Part shown: positions 8,483-17,855 of the stretch, in pieces
How the letters are laid out: the number at the start of each line of letters is the position of its first letter
Position numbering within the stretch: position 1 is the first letter of the stretch
Assembly: GCA_041738755.1 (NCBI GenBank)
Contig: JBGSPE010000003.1
Coordinates: forward strand, 62,602-126,601
Origin: Minisyncoccia bacterium
GTDB lineage: Bacteria > Patescibacteriota > Minisyncoccia > Phycocordibacterales > UBA918
Length of the DNA stretch: 64,000 nt
Direction of reading: 5' to 3'
Notes under the pieces: generated by a model
The model's database searches: none
Seen by the model: the letters and a program-made list of their open reading frames with translations, nothing else
What the model was told of the DNA's origin: nothing
Translations under genes and position numbers: made by a program

Positions 8483-9919
8483 TTATTTATAGTGAGGCAT
8501 ATCTTCACTCCGGGTATTTCTTGGGATTGCAGAGTTACGCGGCTTTCGGTGAGTCCAGATCCAGGCGAAGATAAAGAAGGTAACTAAAACTACACCAAAC
8601 AAGAGAATTGGCATATTAAGTTTTAAAAAGGACGTACCGTCTATTGCAACATCTTCTTGCTCAGTTTGCTCTAGGCCACACACACTATCGGCAAACTGTT
8701 CACATAAAAATGGAATCGTATAACTCTCTACCTCTCCCCCGCCGAGCAATAATTTCACTTGCAGAGTAACGGCTTGAAGGTCAGTCTCTGGAGTGAACGC
8801 TTGTATAAAAGCGTAAGTATCCTCGAGTAAGATGCTGGTCTGTGTGTATTTTGAAAGTTCCGCACCTGAGGCATCAAGCAAGGTCAACTCAATCGTCGTA
8901 TCAGGAATCGGGGTAGTATATGGTGCTTCAAGACAAACTACCATGGAAACTGACTGTCCGGCTCTTAGCGGGAAAGCTGTGAGACCAGCAACGGTACTTC
9001 GTACCTCATACCCTTCTGCGCGGACAATTGGAATGTTTAACATTCGTTTTGAATCACCATCTTGCAGTTGTGCTACGAGATGAATCTTCGATTCTAATTG
9101 ACCAATGACATCATAAGAAACCTCAACCGACTCACCAGCTGGAATGGTAAGTGACTCAGTTTGGGTGTATCGGAGATTAGCTTCTGTGAGAGCATGGTTG
9201 GCATACTGTAACCACTGTACCGTGACTGTTTTATCAATTGTACTTGGATTAGAAACTACTGTAGTAACAGCAATTGCATCATTGCGTGGGGCGACAGGCA
9301 AGGTAGTGACGTCGTAGGTTTGGCCAGCAATTGTTGTCCGACTTTTTTCAAACGTAACCAGTGAATTAACGTCGGCTCCGCCAACGGTAAACTCGGTCGT
9401 GCCAAGAGACGTACTATCTGCTGTGAATTCTCCAGCAAGGGGTTGACCATTTTGGGCATGGAGTGAGTAACTCACATAATAGGTACCTTGTTCAACAGTG
9501 GTTGGCACCTGCCACGTTACCGTAGTGGGCATTTTGGAGTTTGCTCCCAGACCTAGATTTTCCCTTACAACAAACTGATCAATCGACACATCAACTGATG
9601 CGTCAGCATTACTTCCACCCAGTTTAAACACTTTAGCAACGAGGGTAGCTCCAGCAATGGCTAGTGTGTTTTTGTTTTCGATGACGACTTCAAAGGTAAG
9701 TGTTTCGCCTTGATTAATAGTTAGCGCCTCTCCTTCCCGGGAGATGGTCACGAGGCTGGACTGGAAATACTCACTACATAAGCCAACAATATCGGTAGCG
9801 AACGGTTGCGCTACGGGTCTTGGAGGAGCTTCACTTCCCTCTTGAGCGATGACAAGTGGAACCTGAGAGAACAGTGTGATGGCTGCGATGAACGCAGAGA
9901 GGATTTGGGTCTTACTCAT
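8483..9919 (-). CDS. Membrane-anchored surface protein (478 aa; signal peptide, beta-rich ectodomain, Cys pair, C-terminal TM and basic tail); paralog of the N-terminal module of 2947..8328
   Basis: Signal peptide MSKTQILSAFIAAITLFSQVPLVIAQE. C-terminus ...FLCEQFADSVCG...ILLFGVVLVTFFIFAWIWTHRKPRN. Same layout and Cys positions as the first 420 aa of the giant neighbour. Confidence 0.7.
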   Translation of the reverse strand: MSKTQILSAFIAAITLFSQVPLVIAQEGSEAPPRPVAQPFATDIVGLCSEYFQSSLVTISREGEALTINQGETLTFEVVIENKNTLAIAGATLVAKVFKLGGSNADASVDVSIDQFVVRENLGLGANSKMPTTVTWQVPTTVEQGTYYVSYSLHAQNGQPLAGEFTADSTSLGTTEFTVGGADVNSLVTFEKSRTTIAGQTYDVTTLPVAPRNDAIAVTTVVSNPSTIDKTVTVQWLQYANHALTEANLRYTQTESLTIPAGESVEVSYDVIGQLESKIHLVAQLQDGDSKRMLNIPIVRAEGYEVRSTVAGLTAFPLRAGQSVSMVVCLEAPYTTPIPDTTIELTLLDASGAELSKYTQTSILLEDTYAFIQAFTPETDLQAVTLQVKLLLGGGEVESYTIPFLCEQFADSVCGLEQTEQEDVAIDGTSFLKLNMPILLFGVVLVTFFIFAWIWTHRKPRNSAIPRNTRSEDMPHYK

Positions 9920-9987
9920 TACCTGTATTATACAGTTTTTACCTCATATAACAGTTAGTGGTGTTAACTAGTGTAGTTTGAAAAACA

Positions 9988-10020
9988 ACAAAAGCCGGCC
10001 CCTCTAGGGCCGGCTTTTGT
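9988..10020 (-). terminator. Rho-independent terminator downstream of gene 10041..12980
   Basis: Stem gccggccc(9994-10001)/gggccggc(10006-10013) with a TCTA loop, plus an A/T run; read on the minus strand it is stem then UUUUGUUGUUUUU. Confidence 0.6.
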
Positions 10021-10040
10021 TGATTTAAAGAAATGAGAGA

Positions 10041-12980
10041 TTATGCGACTTCTTTCACTGCCTTCATAATTGACATCTTGACCGCTGACGCCTCGTCAGT
10101 GTACGTTCCGTCAATTGCTCCAGTGAGCGCATCAATCATGTTCTTAATCTTTTCATCACTCAACTTCGCTGTTGTGGTGGTAAGGAGGTCAGAGACAACA
10201 TGTTGTTCACCTCGACGGTTTCGGTACACCGCATCTAAGTCAGCAGCAGCGTCAGCGAGTGCGAACATTGGTCGATTACCAATCATTTCGTATGCCGCAA
10301 CGATGTTGCCAGTGACGATAGCTTCGGCGAGCGAACCTGAACCTTCAGGCACCATAGTTGGTGTGAATGAAGGCGCTTTCGCTTCAGTGGCTGCATCAAC
10401 TCGACACACTGCACAGAGATTTTGCATCCGAGCTTCATTGATTACAATCCAACCATCTTCAAGTGGGTATGATTTCTTGGCTTCGACAATCACTGCGTCA
10501 AGCGCATCATTTCGTTCAACCGTACCTTCAGTGGTACTAATAAAGTACTGAACCGCGTCGCTTGAAAGAAGTGCCTTTTGAGCATGCGCTCGATTTTCAA
10601 GATCAGTTACTATTTCATCACTAACTGGAATTTGATTGACCGGAGTGTTGGCATAGTTTGCATATCCTACAACTGCTTCCGTTGGAAGATTAGCCGGGAT
10701 AGAAGCAACTGTTGAGGTAGCGACTGGTGCTACAGACGGTGTTACAAAGAGATCTGGTCGGACTGCTTCTGCTTGTCGCATCATCTGGTGTGAAGTATCA
10801 GCCTCAGGGTAGGTGTAGTCAATATTTGCAGTAACGGCAACTTGTCGTCGGATGACAATGAGGTAGGTTACGTATAATGCCCACGCCATCAAGAGGAGGT
10901 AGAAGAAGAGGGTCAATACGGGACCAGCTTCAAACCCAGTGTATGGCACATCAGTGAGTGAAATACCAGCGACAAGTGGTTGTTGGTCTCGTGCTTGTAA
11001 GAGAACAGTTTCGTCTTCGACTTCTACTTCAACTGAACATTCACGGTCTCGTGATCCTCGGGCAGCATTAATAGTGTATTCGGTATCTCGAGTTGGTCGG
11101 AGTTCAATTTCTCCATCATAGAGTTCATCTTTATCTCGAGCTGGCACACCATCAGTTGTGACGATTACGTTTCCTCGGTCATCTTCAATCGTGACTGCAG
11201 TAGCGCGGCTCGTGTCCCAGGTAAGGGTAATCTCTTCACCTCGGCGGATAGTCGTATCTGAGATAGTGAGTTCACATCGTGGAGTTGAACTTCCACCACC
11301 TCCGCCACCACCTCCGTTATCTTCATCAACATTGATTACTACCGGACAATCAACACTTCGATTTCCTTCCGTTGCGGTGAGTACGTAGGTAGTATTTGAG
11401 TTAGGTGAGACAGTTTGCGTTCCATTCAAGGTCGTAGCGTTGATAACGCTAATTGAGACACTATCGACTCCGGTGGTATTCCAGGTCAAAACTGAACTAT
11501 CACCTTCATCGATACTGTTTGGTGAAGCGGCAAAGGTAACGTTATTTTCACAGGTAAGCGTATCAGTTACCGGTGGTTGCACCGTTACTGGTGCTGGACA
11601 AGAAACCGTATCTCCATTGCTATCAGTTGCGGTGAGCGTAAAGTTAGTATTGGTATTTACAAAGAGACTTTGTGAACCAGTCAGCCCCACCATTCCAGCC
11701 GTCGGAGTAATCGATACTGAATTGGCACCGGTTACTACCCAAGCAAGCGTTGTTGTACCACCACCATTTGGAAGAATAGCTGGAGTAGCGGTGAAGCTTT
11801 CACAGACTGGTACCGGATCATCTGATACGGTTACCGTAACCTGACAATCATCTGTTTGGTTATTCGCACCGAATACCGTAAGGGTGTAGGTAAGCGTAGC
11901 AAGCGGTGTCACTGAGACAGAACCGTTAACAGGGACATCTCCCACACCATTATTGATAACCACTCGATTGGCGTTCACTGTTGTCCAGGCGAGAGTCACT
12001 GGCGTACCAGTTGTAACTGTTCCTGGAGTTGCGGTGAAGCTTTCACAGTTTGGAGCCACTGGAGTTACACAATCGTTATCAATTTGAGTTCGTACAATTT
12101 GACTATGGACAAACGTACCGAAGTTGTTGAGTTCGTAAGCTGTTGCACGAGCTTGGTTTGTCACTTCAAAGTCCCCACACTGCGTTGGTGCAGTCACCTT
12201 CCCTACCCACGTGATAGTTCCATACTCACCTGGAGTTAGAACGTGACCATTAAAAAGGAGGGTTCGTGTACTGTCTTGATAGACGGGTGTATTGCCATAA
12301 CCAGCAGTGAGGTTTGCGGTGAGCGTATAACGGAGGTATTGAATGTGATTTTGAATAGCATCTTCAATTCGAACGCCGTCGCCGGTACAATTTGCAGTAC
12401 CAATGTTCTTGACGACAATCGTGTAGGTAAGTTCATCTCCCACCATAGCATTTGTCTTATCAACTGCCTTAGTGATTTCAAGCTTACACTCGGTTACGAC
12501 TGGTGGTGGTAAACAAATGATTGAGACTTGGGTACGACACTTATCGTTACCATCCTCAGCTTCAATAACATACGTAGTATTCACGAGAATATTAGTGTAG
12601 GTTTTTGAACCTTGTGGTCCGCTGACTGATTCACCATTAATGGTGACATTTGAGAAGCCACTCACATCCCAGGTAAGGGTGATTGATCCACCAGAAATAA
12701 TTTCAGTGAAATCTGTCTTCAGTGAACACTTCTTGAAAACAATGTTGTTTGAAACGCTTCCAAGGTCTGGCTGATTGCCTACATTACCAGAAACTGAAGG
12801 AAGTGTCGGAGTCTCAAGTAAGTCGAGACTACCGAAGCCCGGAAGACTTGCCCCATCAAGGATTGAAGCGTTTGCCAATTGCGGTCCTGCCACAAACGTA
12901 ACCAACGCTAAAACCACTACTGTGACTTTAAAGGTCTTGAGTAATGTGTTCATAATACTATTGTTATAATTGCTATTCAT
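10041..12980 (-). CDS. Large surface protein with DUF11/Ig-like repeat modules, a poly-Gly linker, an LPXTG-like 'VPYTG' motif plus TM plus RRQ, and a 266-aa C-terminal cytoplasmic domain
   Basis: Start chosen at ATG 12980 (GGAG 12 nt upstream) giving MNSNYNNSIMNTLLKTFKVTVVVLALVTFVAGPQLANA; the track start at 13118 is probably not used. Repeated ~90-aa beta modules ('ITKAVDKTNAMVGDELTYTIVVKNIGTANCTGDGV' DUF11-like). 'DEDNGGGGGGGGSS'. '...SLTDVPYTGFEAGPVLTLFFYLLLMAWALYVTYLIVIRRQ' then 266 further residues. Confidence 0.7.
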   Translation of the reverse strand: MNSNYNNSIMNTLLKTFKVTVVVLALVTFVAGPQLANASILDGASLPGFGSLDLLETPTLPSVSGNVGNQPDLGSVSNNIVFKKCSLKTDFTEIISGGSITLTWDVSGFSNVTINGESVSGPQGSKTYTNILVNTTYVIEAEDGNDKCRTQVSIICLPPPVVTECKLEITKAVDKTNAMVGDELTYTIVVKNIGTANCTGDGVRIEDAIQNHIQYLRYTLTANLTAGYGNTPVYQDSTRTLLFNGHVLTPGEYGTITWVGKVTAPTQCGDFEVTNQARATAYELNNFGTFVHSQIVRTQIDNDCVTPVAPNCESFTATPGTVTTGTPVTLAWTTVNANRVVINNGVGDVPVNGSVSVTPLATLTYTLTVFGANNQTDDCQVTVTVSDDPVPVCESFTATPAILPNGGGTTTLAWVVTGANSVSITPTAGMVGLTGSQSLFVNTNTNFTLTATDSNGDTVSCPAPVTVQPPVTDTLTCENNVTFAASPNSIDEGDSSVLTWNTTGVDSVSISVINATTLNGTQTVSPNSNTTYVLTATEGNRSVDCPVVINVDEDNGGGGGGGGSSTPRCELTISDTTIRRGEEITLTWDTSRATAVTIEDDRGNVIVTTDGVPARDKDELYDGEIELRPTRDTEYTINAARGSRDRECSVEVEVEDETVLLQARDQQPLVAGISLTDVPYTGFEAGPVLTLFFYLLLMAWALYVTYLIVIRRQVAVTANIDYTYPEADTSHQMMRQAEAVRPDLFVTPSVAPVATSTVASIPANLPTEAVVGYANYANTPVNQIPVSDEIVTDLENRAHAQKALLSSDAVQYFISTTEGTVERNDALDAVIVEAKKSYPLEDGWIVINEARMQNLCAVCRVDAATEAKAPSFTPTMVPEGSGSLAEAIVTGNIVAAYEMIGNRPMFALADAAADLDAVYRNRRGEQHVVSDLLTTTTAKLSDEKIKNMIDALTGAIDGTYTDEASAVKMSIMKAVKEVA

Positions 12981-13191
12981 AAATTCAATACTCCGACCTA
13001 CCAGGTTGCGGTACGCGAGAGTAACAAAGTCTACGAAACTATGTGTGAGAGAACTGTGGCCAGTAAAGTGTACCAGCACCTGATAATTTATAATATACCA
13101 TATATTGAGTTTTGTCAATAGTTATAGGCTTTTGTACTTCTCTTAAACAACCTCTCGTAACATTGCCTAAGCTGGCCAATCTGCTTGATTC

Positions 13192-13872
13192 TTACAACGT
13201 TCGAACTGAAATTTGCTTGGCTTCGACAATAAAGCGGTCGTCAGTACTTCCAAAACTATTACAGGTAGCCAGTGTGAGGAGTTTTTGATCCCCCGCAATT
13301 GGAACGGTGACATCTTGAGCTCGCGCTTTATAGGTATTTTGCACTTCATATACCACAACTGCCGTGTCAGTCGTAACTTCGATAGTATCTCCCCACTCAA
13401 GATCTTCAATACCATTAAAGGCTTGGAAGTTACGATTGAGGACAGTTGGGAGGTAGCTCGAGTGGCCCAAGATAAAGACGTTCCCATCTTGTGCAAGATG
13501 AGCAGAATCAGGGTGTCGTACCACTCCACTCAAAAGAGCATTATCAAGATCAGCTACGGTTCGAGATGTTGGATTTAAGACCGGGACGGTTCGGTCAAGC
13601 TTGGCAATATAAATTGAACGCGGCAAAACCGGACCGACAGTCTCATCAAGCTCATCAATTGAAGCCGCTTGTTCGATAGCCTGATTCTGTTCAGGCACGA
13701 TAATTTCTTGCGCTGGCTCAAATGGCACGACTTCTTCCTTTGGTTCAGGGACAAAATCAATTGCCACCAAGAGTAAGTATGAGAGTGAAAAAATCACAAA
13801 AAAGACACCGAAGAAAGCGGTCTTTCGTTCCCAAATTGCATCAGTGAGTGTTTGAATAGTGTGTCGAGACAT
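13192..13872 (-). CDS. Sortase family transpeptidase with an N-terminal TM anchor
   Basis: TM 'TAFFGVFFVIFSLSYLLLVAIDF'; His region 'VFILGHSSY'; catalytic 'LLTLATCNSFGSTDDRFIV' (TLxTC plus the conserved Arg). Confidence 0.75.
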   Translation of the reverse strand: MSRHTIQTLTDAIWERKTAFFGVFFVIFSLSYLLLVAIDFVPEPKEEVVPFEPAQEIIVPEQNQAIEQAASIDELDETVGPVLPRSIYIAKLDRTVPVLNPTSRTVADLDNALLSGVVRHPDSAHLAQDGNVFILGHSSYLPTVLNRNFQAFNGIEDLEWGDTIEVTTDTAVVVYEVQNTYKARAQDVTVPIAGDQKLLTLATCNSFGSTDDRFIVEAKQISVRTL

Positions 13873-13887
13873 AAAATGTATCCCGAT

Positions 13888-13915
13888 ATTATACGCACTT
13901 TTATTAAAAAGTCAA
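13888..13915 (-). promoter_or_regulatory. Near-consensus sigma70-type promoter for the sortase/surface-protein transcript
   Basis: On the minus strand: TTGACT (plus 13910-13915), 16-nt spacer, TATAAT (plus 13888-13893); leader to the sortase ATG at 13872 is about 8-10 nt. Confidence 0.45.
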
Positions 13916-13998
13916 TACTTAGGCCCTCTTCTTTAAAATAAGGGATTAAAACCATAACTATTGACAAATAGGTTGTAAAGTAGTATGTTGCGAAGACT

Positions 13999-15024
13999 AT
14001 GAATAACGTTACCATTGAAGTTGAAAAGAAAACTGTCGTCATGAAGTCTTTGGCAATCCTAGGCCTCATTTTTATCATTAGTTTCATTGCGTGGTTATCA
14101 GTTCAAATCGTTGCGGTAGCGCCAAGCGCCTTCTCTTCCCTGGCCTCGCTCGCAAGCAGCATCTCAGATGCGCGTGAAGAGGTGGTTGAAGAAATGAAGG
14201 AACCAGAAGTCCTCACCATCCAGAGCAACACTCAAACTATTACCACGAGCGAGCAAGTGGTACTTTCCTGGGACGACGTAGACGCACCTGGTACCTATGC
14301 ATTTGTGTACGAATGTTCAAATGGAGTAACGGTTGAAATTACGGGAGTTGATGGATTTCGAAATATCGCCTGTGGCACCAACTACAACCTTGGTGATATC
14401 CAAAACCTGACCTTCACCGTTGCCTCAAATGAAATTCGCAGTACCGACATCGCGTACACTATTTCATTTTTAAGAAGTGATGAAACAAAGCCATCACACA
14501 TCGGAAGCGGTACAGTAACCGTTACAAATCTTGCGATTGCTGATCCAAATGAACCAGTAGTCGAAGCAGAGGAGGAAACCCCAGAAGTCGTAGTTGAAGA
14601 AGAGGCTCCAGCCGTTACTCCTCCGGTGGTAGTTGAAGAGCCAGAATTTGTTTTCGAAATCCCCGTCTCAAATCCAAATGGTACCGCCGACCTTACAACT
14701 CGATTTCTCAATGTTGGAGAAATTATCAATAATCGCTTTGTTGCAGGCACAGTTGAGAGAGATGAAACAGGAGCTATTCAATTTGAAGTCCGAAACATTG
14801 GTAATAAAACTTCAGAGTCATGGAGTTTCGAAGTAAGCTTACCTGACGGTTCAACCTATGAGTCAACTACGCAAGCGCCACTTCGACCAAACGAACGAGC
14901 AACCCTTGCCCTTGGCTTCGAAGCTGATGGCGGATCAAGTTTTACGTTTGAAGTTTCCGTTGAAAGTGACGATGAACGAACTGAAAACAATAATTCATTC
15001 CGACAAATCGTTTCATTTCGATAG
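13999..15024 (+). CDS. N-terminally membrane-anchored protein with a Glu/Pro/Val-rich linker and a CARDB-like domain
   Basis: TM 'LAILGLIFIISFIAWLSVQIVAVA'; linker 'EPVVEAEEETPEVVVEEEAPAVTPPVVVEEPE'; C-terminal 'DERTENNNSFRQIV' CARDB-type signature. Possible promoter TTGACA(13961-13966)/TATGTT(13984-13989). Confidence 0.65.
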   Translation: MNNVTIEVEKKTVVMKSLAILGLIFIISFIAWLSVQIVAVAPSAFSSLASLASSISDAREEVVEEMKEPEVLTIQSNTQTITTSEQVVLSWDDVDAPGTYAFVYECSNGVTVEITGVDGFRNIACGTNYNLGDIQNLTFTVASNEIRSTDIAYTISFLRSDETKPSHIGSGTVTVTNLAIADPNEPVVEAEEETPEVVVEEEAPAVTPPVVVEEPEFVFEIPVSNPNGTADLTTRFLNVGEIINNRFVAGTVERDETGAIQFEVRNIGNKTSESWSFEVSLPDGSTYESTTQAPLRPNERATLALGFEADGGSSFTFEVSVESDDERTENNNSFRQIVSFR

Positions 15025-15030
15025 AAATAC

Positions 15031-15066
15031 AAAAAGTCCCGGGCCATTGGCCCGGGACTTTTTGTA
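15031..15066. terminator. Bidirectional terminator between 13999..15024 and gyrB
   Basis: Stem gtcccgggcc(15036-15045)/gcccgggac(15050-15058) flanked by AAAAA and TTTTT. Confidence 0.65.
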
Positions 15067-15069
15067 TTT

Positions 15070-17145
15070 CTAAATATCCACGTTCGCCATTTTGGCGTTG
15101 TTTTGAATAAATGATTTTCGACTTGGAACGTCGTTCCCCATCAAAATATCAAACACTCGGTCGGCCGCCATCGCGTCTTCGACACAGACTTGCTTCAAGA
15201 TTCGATTGGCTGGATTCATCGTTGTTTCCCAGAGCTCGTCCGCGTTCATTTCTCCCAGACCCTTGTACCGTTGAATACGTGCCTTCCCTGTCTTCTTGAC
15301 CACCTCTTCGGTCTCTTCCTCTTCACTCTCATCTACTACTTCAACATCCTCACTCACGTCTTCACCCATATCCTTAAGGATAGAGAATTTTTCAGTGTCA
15401 TCAAACGCATACCGAACGTCTTTCCCTTTCTGAATTTTATAGAGTGGTGGTTGCGCAATATAGACAAATCCTCCATCAACTAACTGTCTAAAGTAGCGGT
15501 AGAACAGCGTTAAGAGTAACGTTCGAATGTGTGCACCGTCAACGTCTGCGTCAGTTGCGATAATAATCTTGTGATACCGTAATCGAGAGATATCAAACAC
15601 GTCGCCAATTGCTGTCCCAAGCGCAATCACGAGATTTTTAATCTGTTCTGACGCCAGCATTTTATCAATTCGGGCCCGCTCGACATTAAGAATCTTACCT
15701 CTAAGTGGCAAAATAGCCTGCGTCTTTCGGTCCCGCCCCATCTTGGCTGATCCACCGGCTGAGTCTCCCTCCACAATAAAGATTTCGGAATCTTCCGCCC
15801 GCTTACTTTGACAGTCGGCCAACTTACCCGGAAGTGACATCCCTTCAAGGGCACCCTTACGAAGCACGCTATCCTTAGCTGCCTTAGCTGCCTTACGGGC
15901 TTTTACCGCAATAATCACTTTGTTTATGATGGCTTTTGCGTCATCTGGGTTTTCTTCAAGGAAATTATTAAATGCCTCACCAAAGACTGATTCGGTTGCA
16001 CTTCTAGCCTCCACTGATCCAAGCTTGGCTTTGGTTTGTCCTTCAAATTGAATCTCAGGCATCTTTACCGATACTACTGCCGTGATACCTTCGAGTACAT
16101 CGTCACCGGTAAAGCCAGCGTCTTTGTCTTTGACTGAGAAAAAATTATTTTTCTTAGCGTAGGTATTGAGGGTTCTTGTTAGCGCGGTTTTAAAACCAGT
16201 GATGTGAGTCCCGTGCTCTGGGTTATAGATATTGTTCGCAAACGCAGTGATTCTCGGTGAAATATCATCGACGTATTGAAGCGCAACTTCTACCGACAAC
16301 ACCGCCGCATCAACCTCATTTTTTTCAACGTAGAAAATATTTTTATGAACGGGCTTTTGGTACTTGTTATTAAACGCCACCAATGACCGTAGTCCACCTT
16401 CAAAGTAGAAAGTCTGTTGTGGTACGACCAAGTGCTCATCGGCCAGATATTGCTTACCCTTAAGATCAAGTTTCTTTTGAACATCTTCATCGATGTCTCT
16501 CGCATCAATCACCGTCAGATGCATAGCTTTCACCAAGTACGCTTGTTGTCTCAAGTGGGTGAAGATTCGCTTGTAGTCGTATTTAATTTCTTTGAAGATA
16601 TCAATATCTGCCTTGAATGTAATCACCGTACCTTGGAGTTTTGAGGGACCTATTTTCTTAGTTTTATAAACTGGCTTCCCAATTTTATATTCCTGCATGT
16701 GATAGCTACCGTCTCGATGCACTTCTGCAATCAAGTGCTCTGAAAGAGCATTCACAACCGATACCCCTACCCCGTGCAGTCCACCAGACACCTTATAACC
16801 TGATTCATCACCACCAAACTTTCCTCCGGCGTGCAGCACGGTCAAAATAGTTTCAAGGGCAGATACACCAGTCTGCTTATGAACATCAACTGGAATTCCT
16901 CGGCCATTATCAACGACGCGAATATAATTGTCAGGCAAGAGTGCCACTTCAACCCGATTAGCAAAACCGCCCATCGCTTCATCGCGTGAGTTATCAAAAA
17001 TCTCCCAGATCAAGTGATGCAATCCATCAGGACCAGTCGTGCCAATGTACATCCCCGGACGCTTTCGCACTGGCTCGAGTCCTTCGAGAACGGAAATTGA
17101 GGAAGCGTCGTAATTTTTACTCTTTTCAGGTTTTTTCGCCGGCAT
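15070..17145 (-). CDS. gyrB: DNA gyrase subunit B
   Basis: 691 aa. N-terminal GHKL ATPase ('LEGLEPVRKRPGMYIGTTGPDGLHHLIWEIFDNSRDE'), Toprim 'EGDSAGGSAK', C-terminal GyrB tail. Confidence 0.9.
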   Translation of the reverse strand: MPAKKPEKSKNYDASSISVLEGLEPVRKRPGMYIGTTGPDGLHHLIWEIFDNSRDEAMGGFANRVEVALLPDNYIRVVDNGRGIPVDVHKQTGVSALETILTVLHAGGKFGGDESGYKVSGGLHGVGVSVVNALSEHLIAEVHRDGSYHMQEYKIGKPVYKTKKIGPSKLQGTVITFKADIDIFKEIKYDYKRIFTHLRQQAYLVKAMHLTVIDARDIDEDVQKKLDLKGKQYLADEHLVVPQQTFYFEGGLRSLVAFNNKYQKPVHKNIFYVEKNEVDAAVLSVEVALQYVDDISPRITAFANNIYNPEHGTHITGFKTALTRTLNTYAKKNNFFSVKDKDAGFTGDDVLEGITAVVSVKMPEIQFEGQTKAKLGSVEARSATESVFGEAFNNFLEENPDDAKAIINKVIIAVKARKAAKAAKDSVLRKGALEGMSLPGKLADCQSKRAEDSEIFIVEGDSAGGSAKMGRDRKTQAILPLRGKILNVERARIDKMLASEQIKNLVIALGTAIGDVFDISRLRYHKIIIATDADVDGAHIRTLLLTLFYRYFRQLVDGGFVYIAQPPLYKIQKGKDVRYAFDDTEKFSILKDMGEDVSEDVEVVDESEEEETEEVVKKTGKARIQRYKGLGEMNADELWETTMNPANRILKQVCVEDAMAADRVFDILMGNDVPSRKSFIQNNAKMANVDI

Positions 17146-17237
17146 GCAGAATGTTTAAACAAATAATTGCTGGTCATTATAACATTTTTAGACCCATTCT
17201 GCCCATGTAAAAAAACGTTAAAATAAGGGATAATTAG

Positions 17238-17265
17238 TTGACTTTTTTAATATTATGTGTATAAT
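17238..17265 (+). promoter_or_regulatory. Near-consensus sigma70-type promoter for ORF 17296
   Basis: TTGACT(17238-17243), 16-nt spacer, TGTATAAT(17258-17265); SD GAGAGGAAG 6 nt before the ATG at 17296. Confidence 0.5.
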
Positions 17266-17295
17266 ATTAGATGTCATTTCTGAGAGGAAGTCGAA

Positions 17296-17793
17296 ATGGA
17301 AGATGTTCTTAATCAAGAAGCAGAGACCACTCAACATATACCGGTTGTGGCAAAAATCCTGCTTGCGGTGTTAGCCGTTACTGCTGGTTCACTCCTCAAC
17401 AGCTCAGGTGGGGCACTGCTTGCGGGCATTGCTGTATACCTCGCTTTCAAGACAGTTCGGAACACATCCGGGCATGATCGATGGTTACTCATCACTGCCG
17501 GTATCATCGGCCTCAATGTGAGTCTTACCACCCTGTGGTATGGGGTAATCGGCAACTACGTTGATCCTGAACTGGCGCCAATCTGGTCGAAGTTTGAGTG
17601 TGATTACTCAGGCGGAAGCGATGTGTACTGCCCCAGTTACGTTACTGATAAGCGGGACAAAATCCTGGCGAAGCGAGGTGTCACTACCACCATTGTCTGG
17701 TGGGCTACTGGGAGCGCCCTTAATCAGGGCGAACCAGTCACGCACCACAATGTGCAAGGTCTGGCGATAACCTATTGGTTTCCCGAATTCTAA
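17296..17793 (+). CDS. Small integral membrane protein (165 aa), function unknown
   Basis: Strong promoter and SD; 3-4 hydrophobic helices; two Cys near the C-terminus ('FECDYSGGSDVYCPSY'). Confidence 0.6.
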   Translation: MEDVLNQEAETTQHIPVVAKILLAVLAVTAGSLLNSSGGALLAGIAVYLAFKTVRNTSGHDRWLLITAGIIGLNVSLTTLWYGVIGNYVDPELAPIWSKFECDYSGGSDVYCPSYVTDKRDKILAKRGVTTTIVWWATGSALNQGEPVTHHNVQGLAITYWFPEF

Positions 17794-17804
17794 ACTGCCC
17801 GAGT

Positions 17805-17852
17805 GGTGTGTGTCTCAAAATGTACAGAGACACACACCCGCGGGCTTTTTTA
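17805..17852. terminator. Bidirectional terminator between 17296..17793 and pheT
   Basis: 11-bp perfect stem gtgtgtgtctc(17806-17816)/gagacacacac(17828-17838), then CCGCGGGCTTTTTT. Confidence 0.6.
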
Positions 17853-17855
17853 TTA

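Noticed and set aside
10033-10551. Plus-strand ORF antisense to the C-terminal domain of the sortase-substrate gene, and others at 10939-12969
   Set aside because: Completely embedded antisense to a well-supported long CDS; low-complexity Ser/Ala-rich translation.
13167-13760. ORFs overlapping the sortase gene (13167..13529, 13213..13578, 13491..13679, 13575..13760)
   Set aside because: The sortase frame carries the catalytic TLxTC/His/Arg motifs; the overlapping frames have no motifs.
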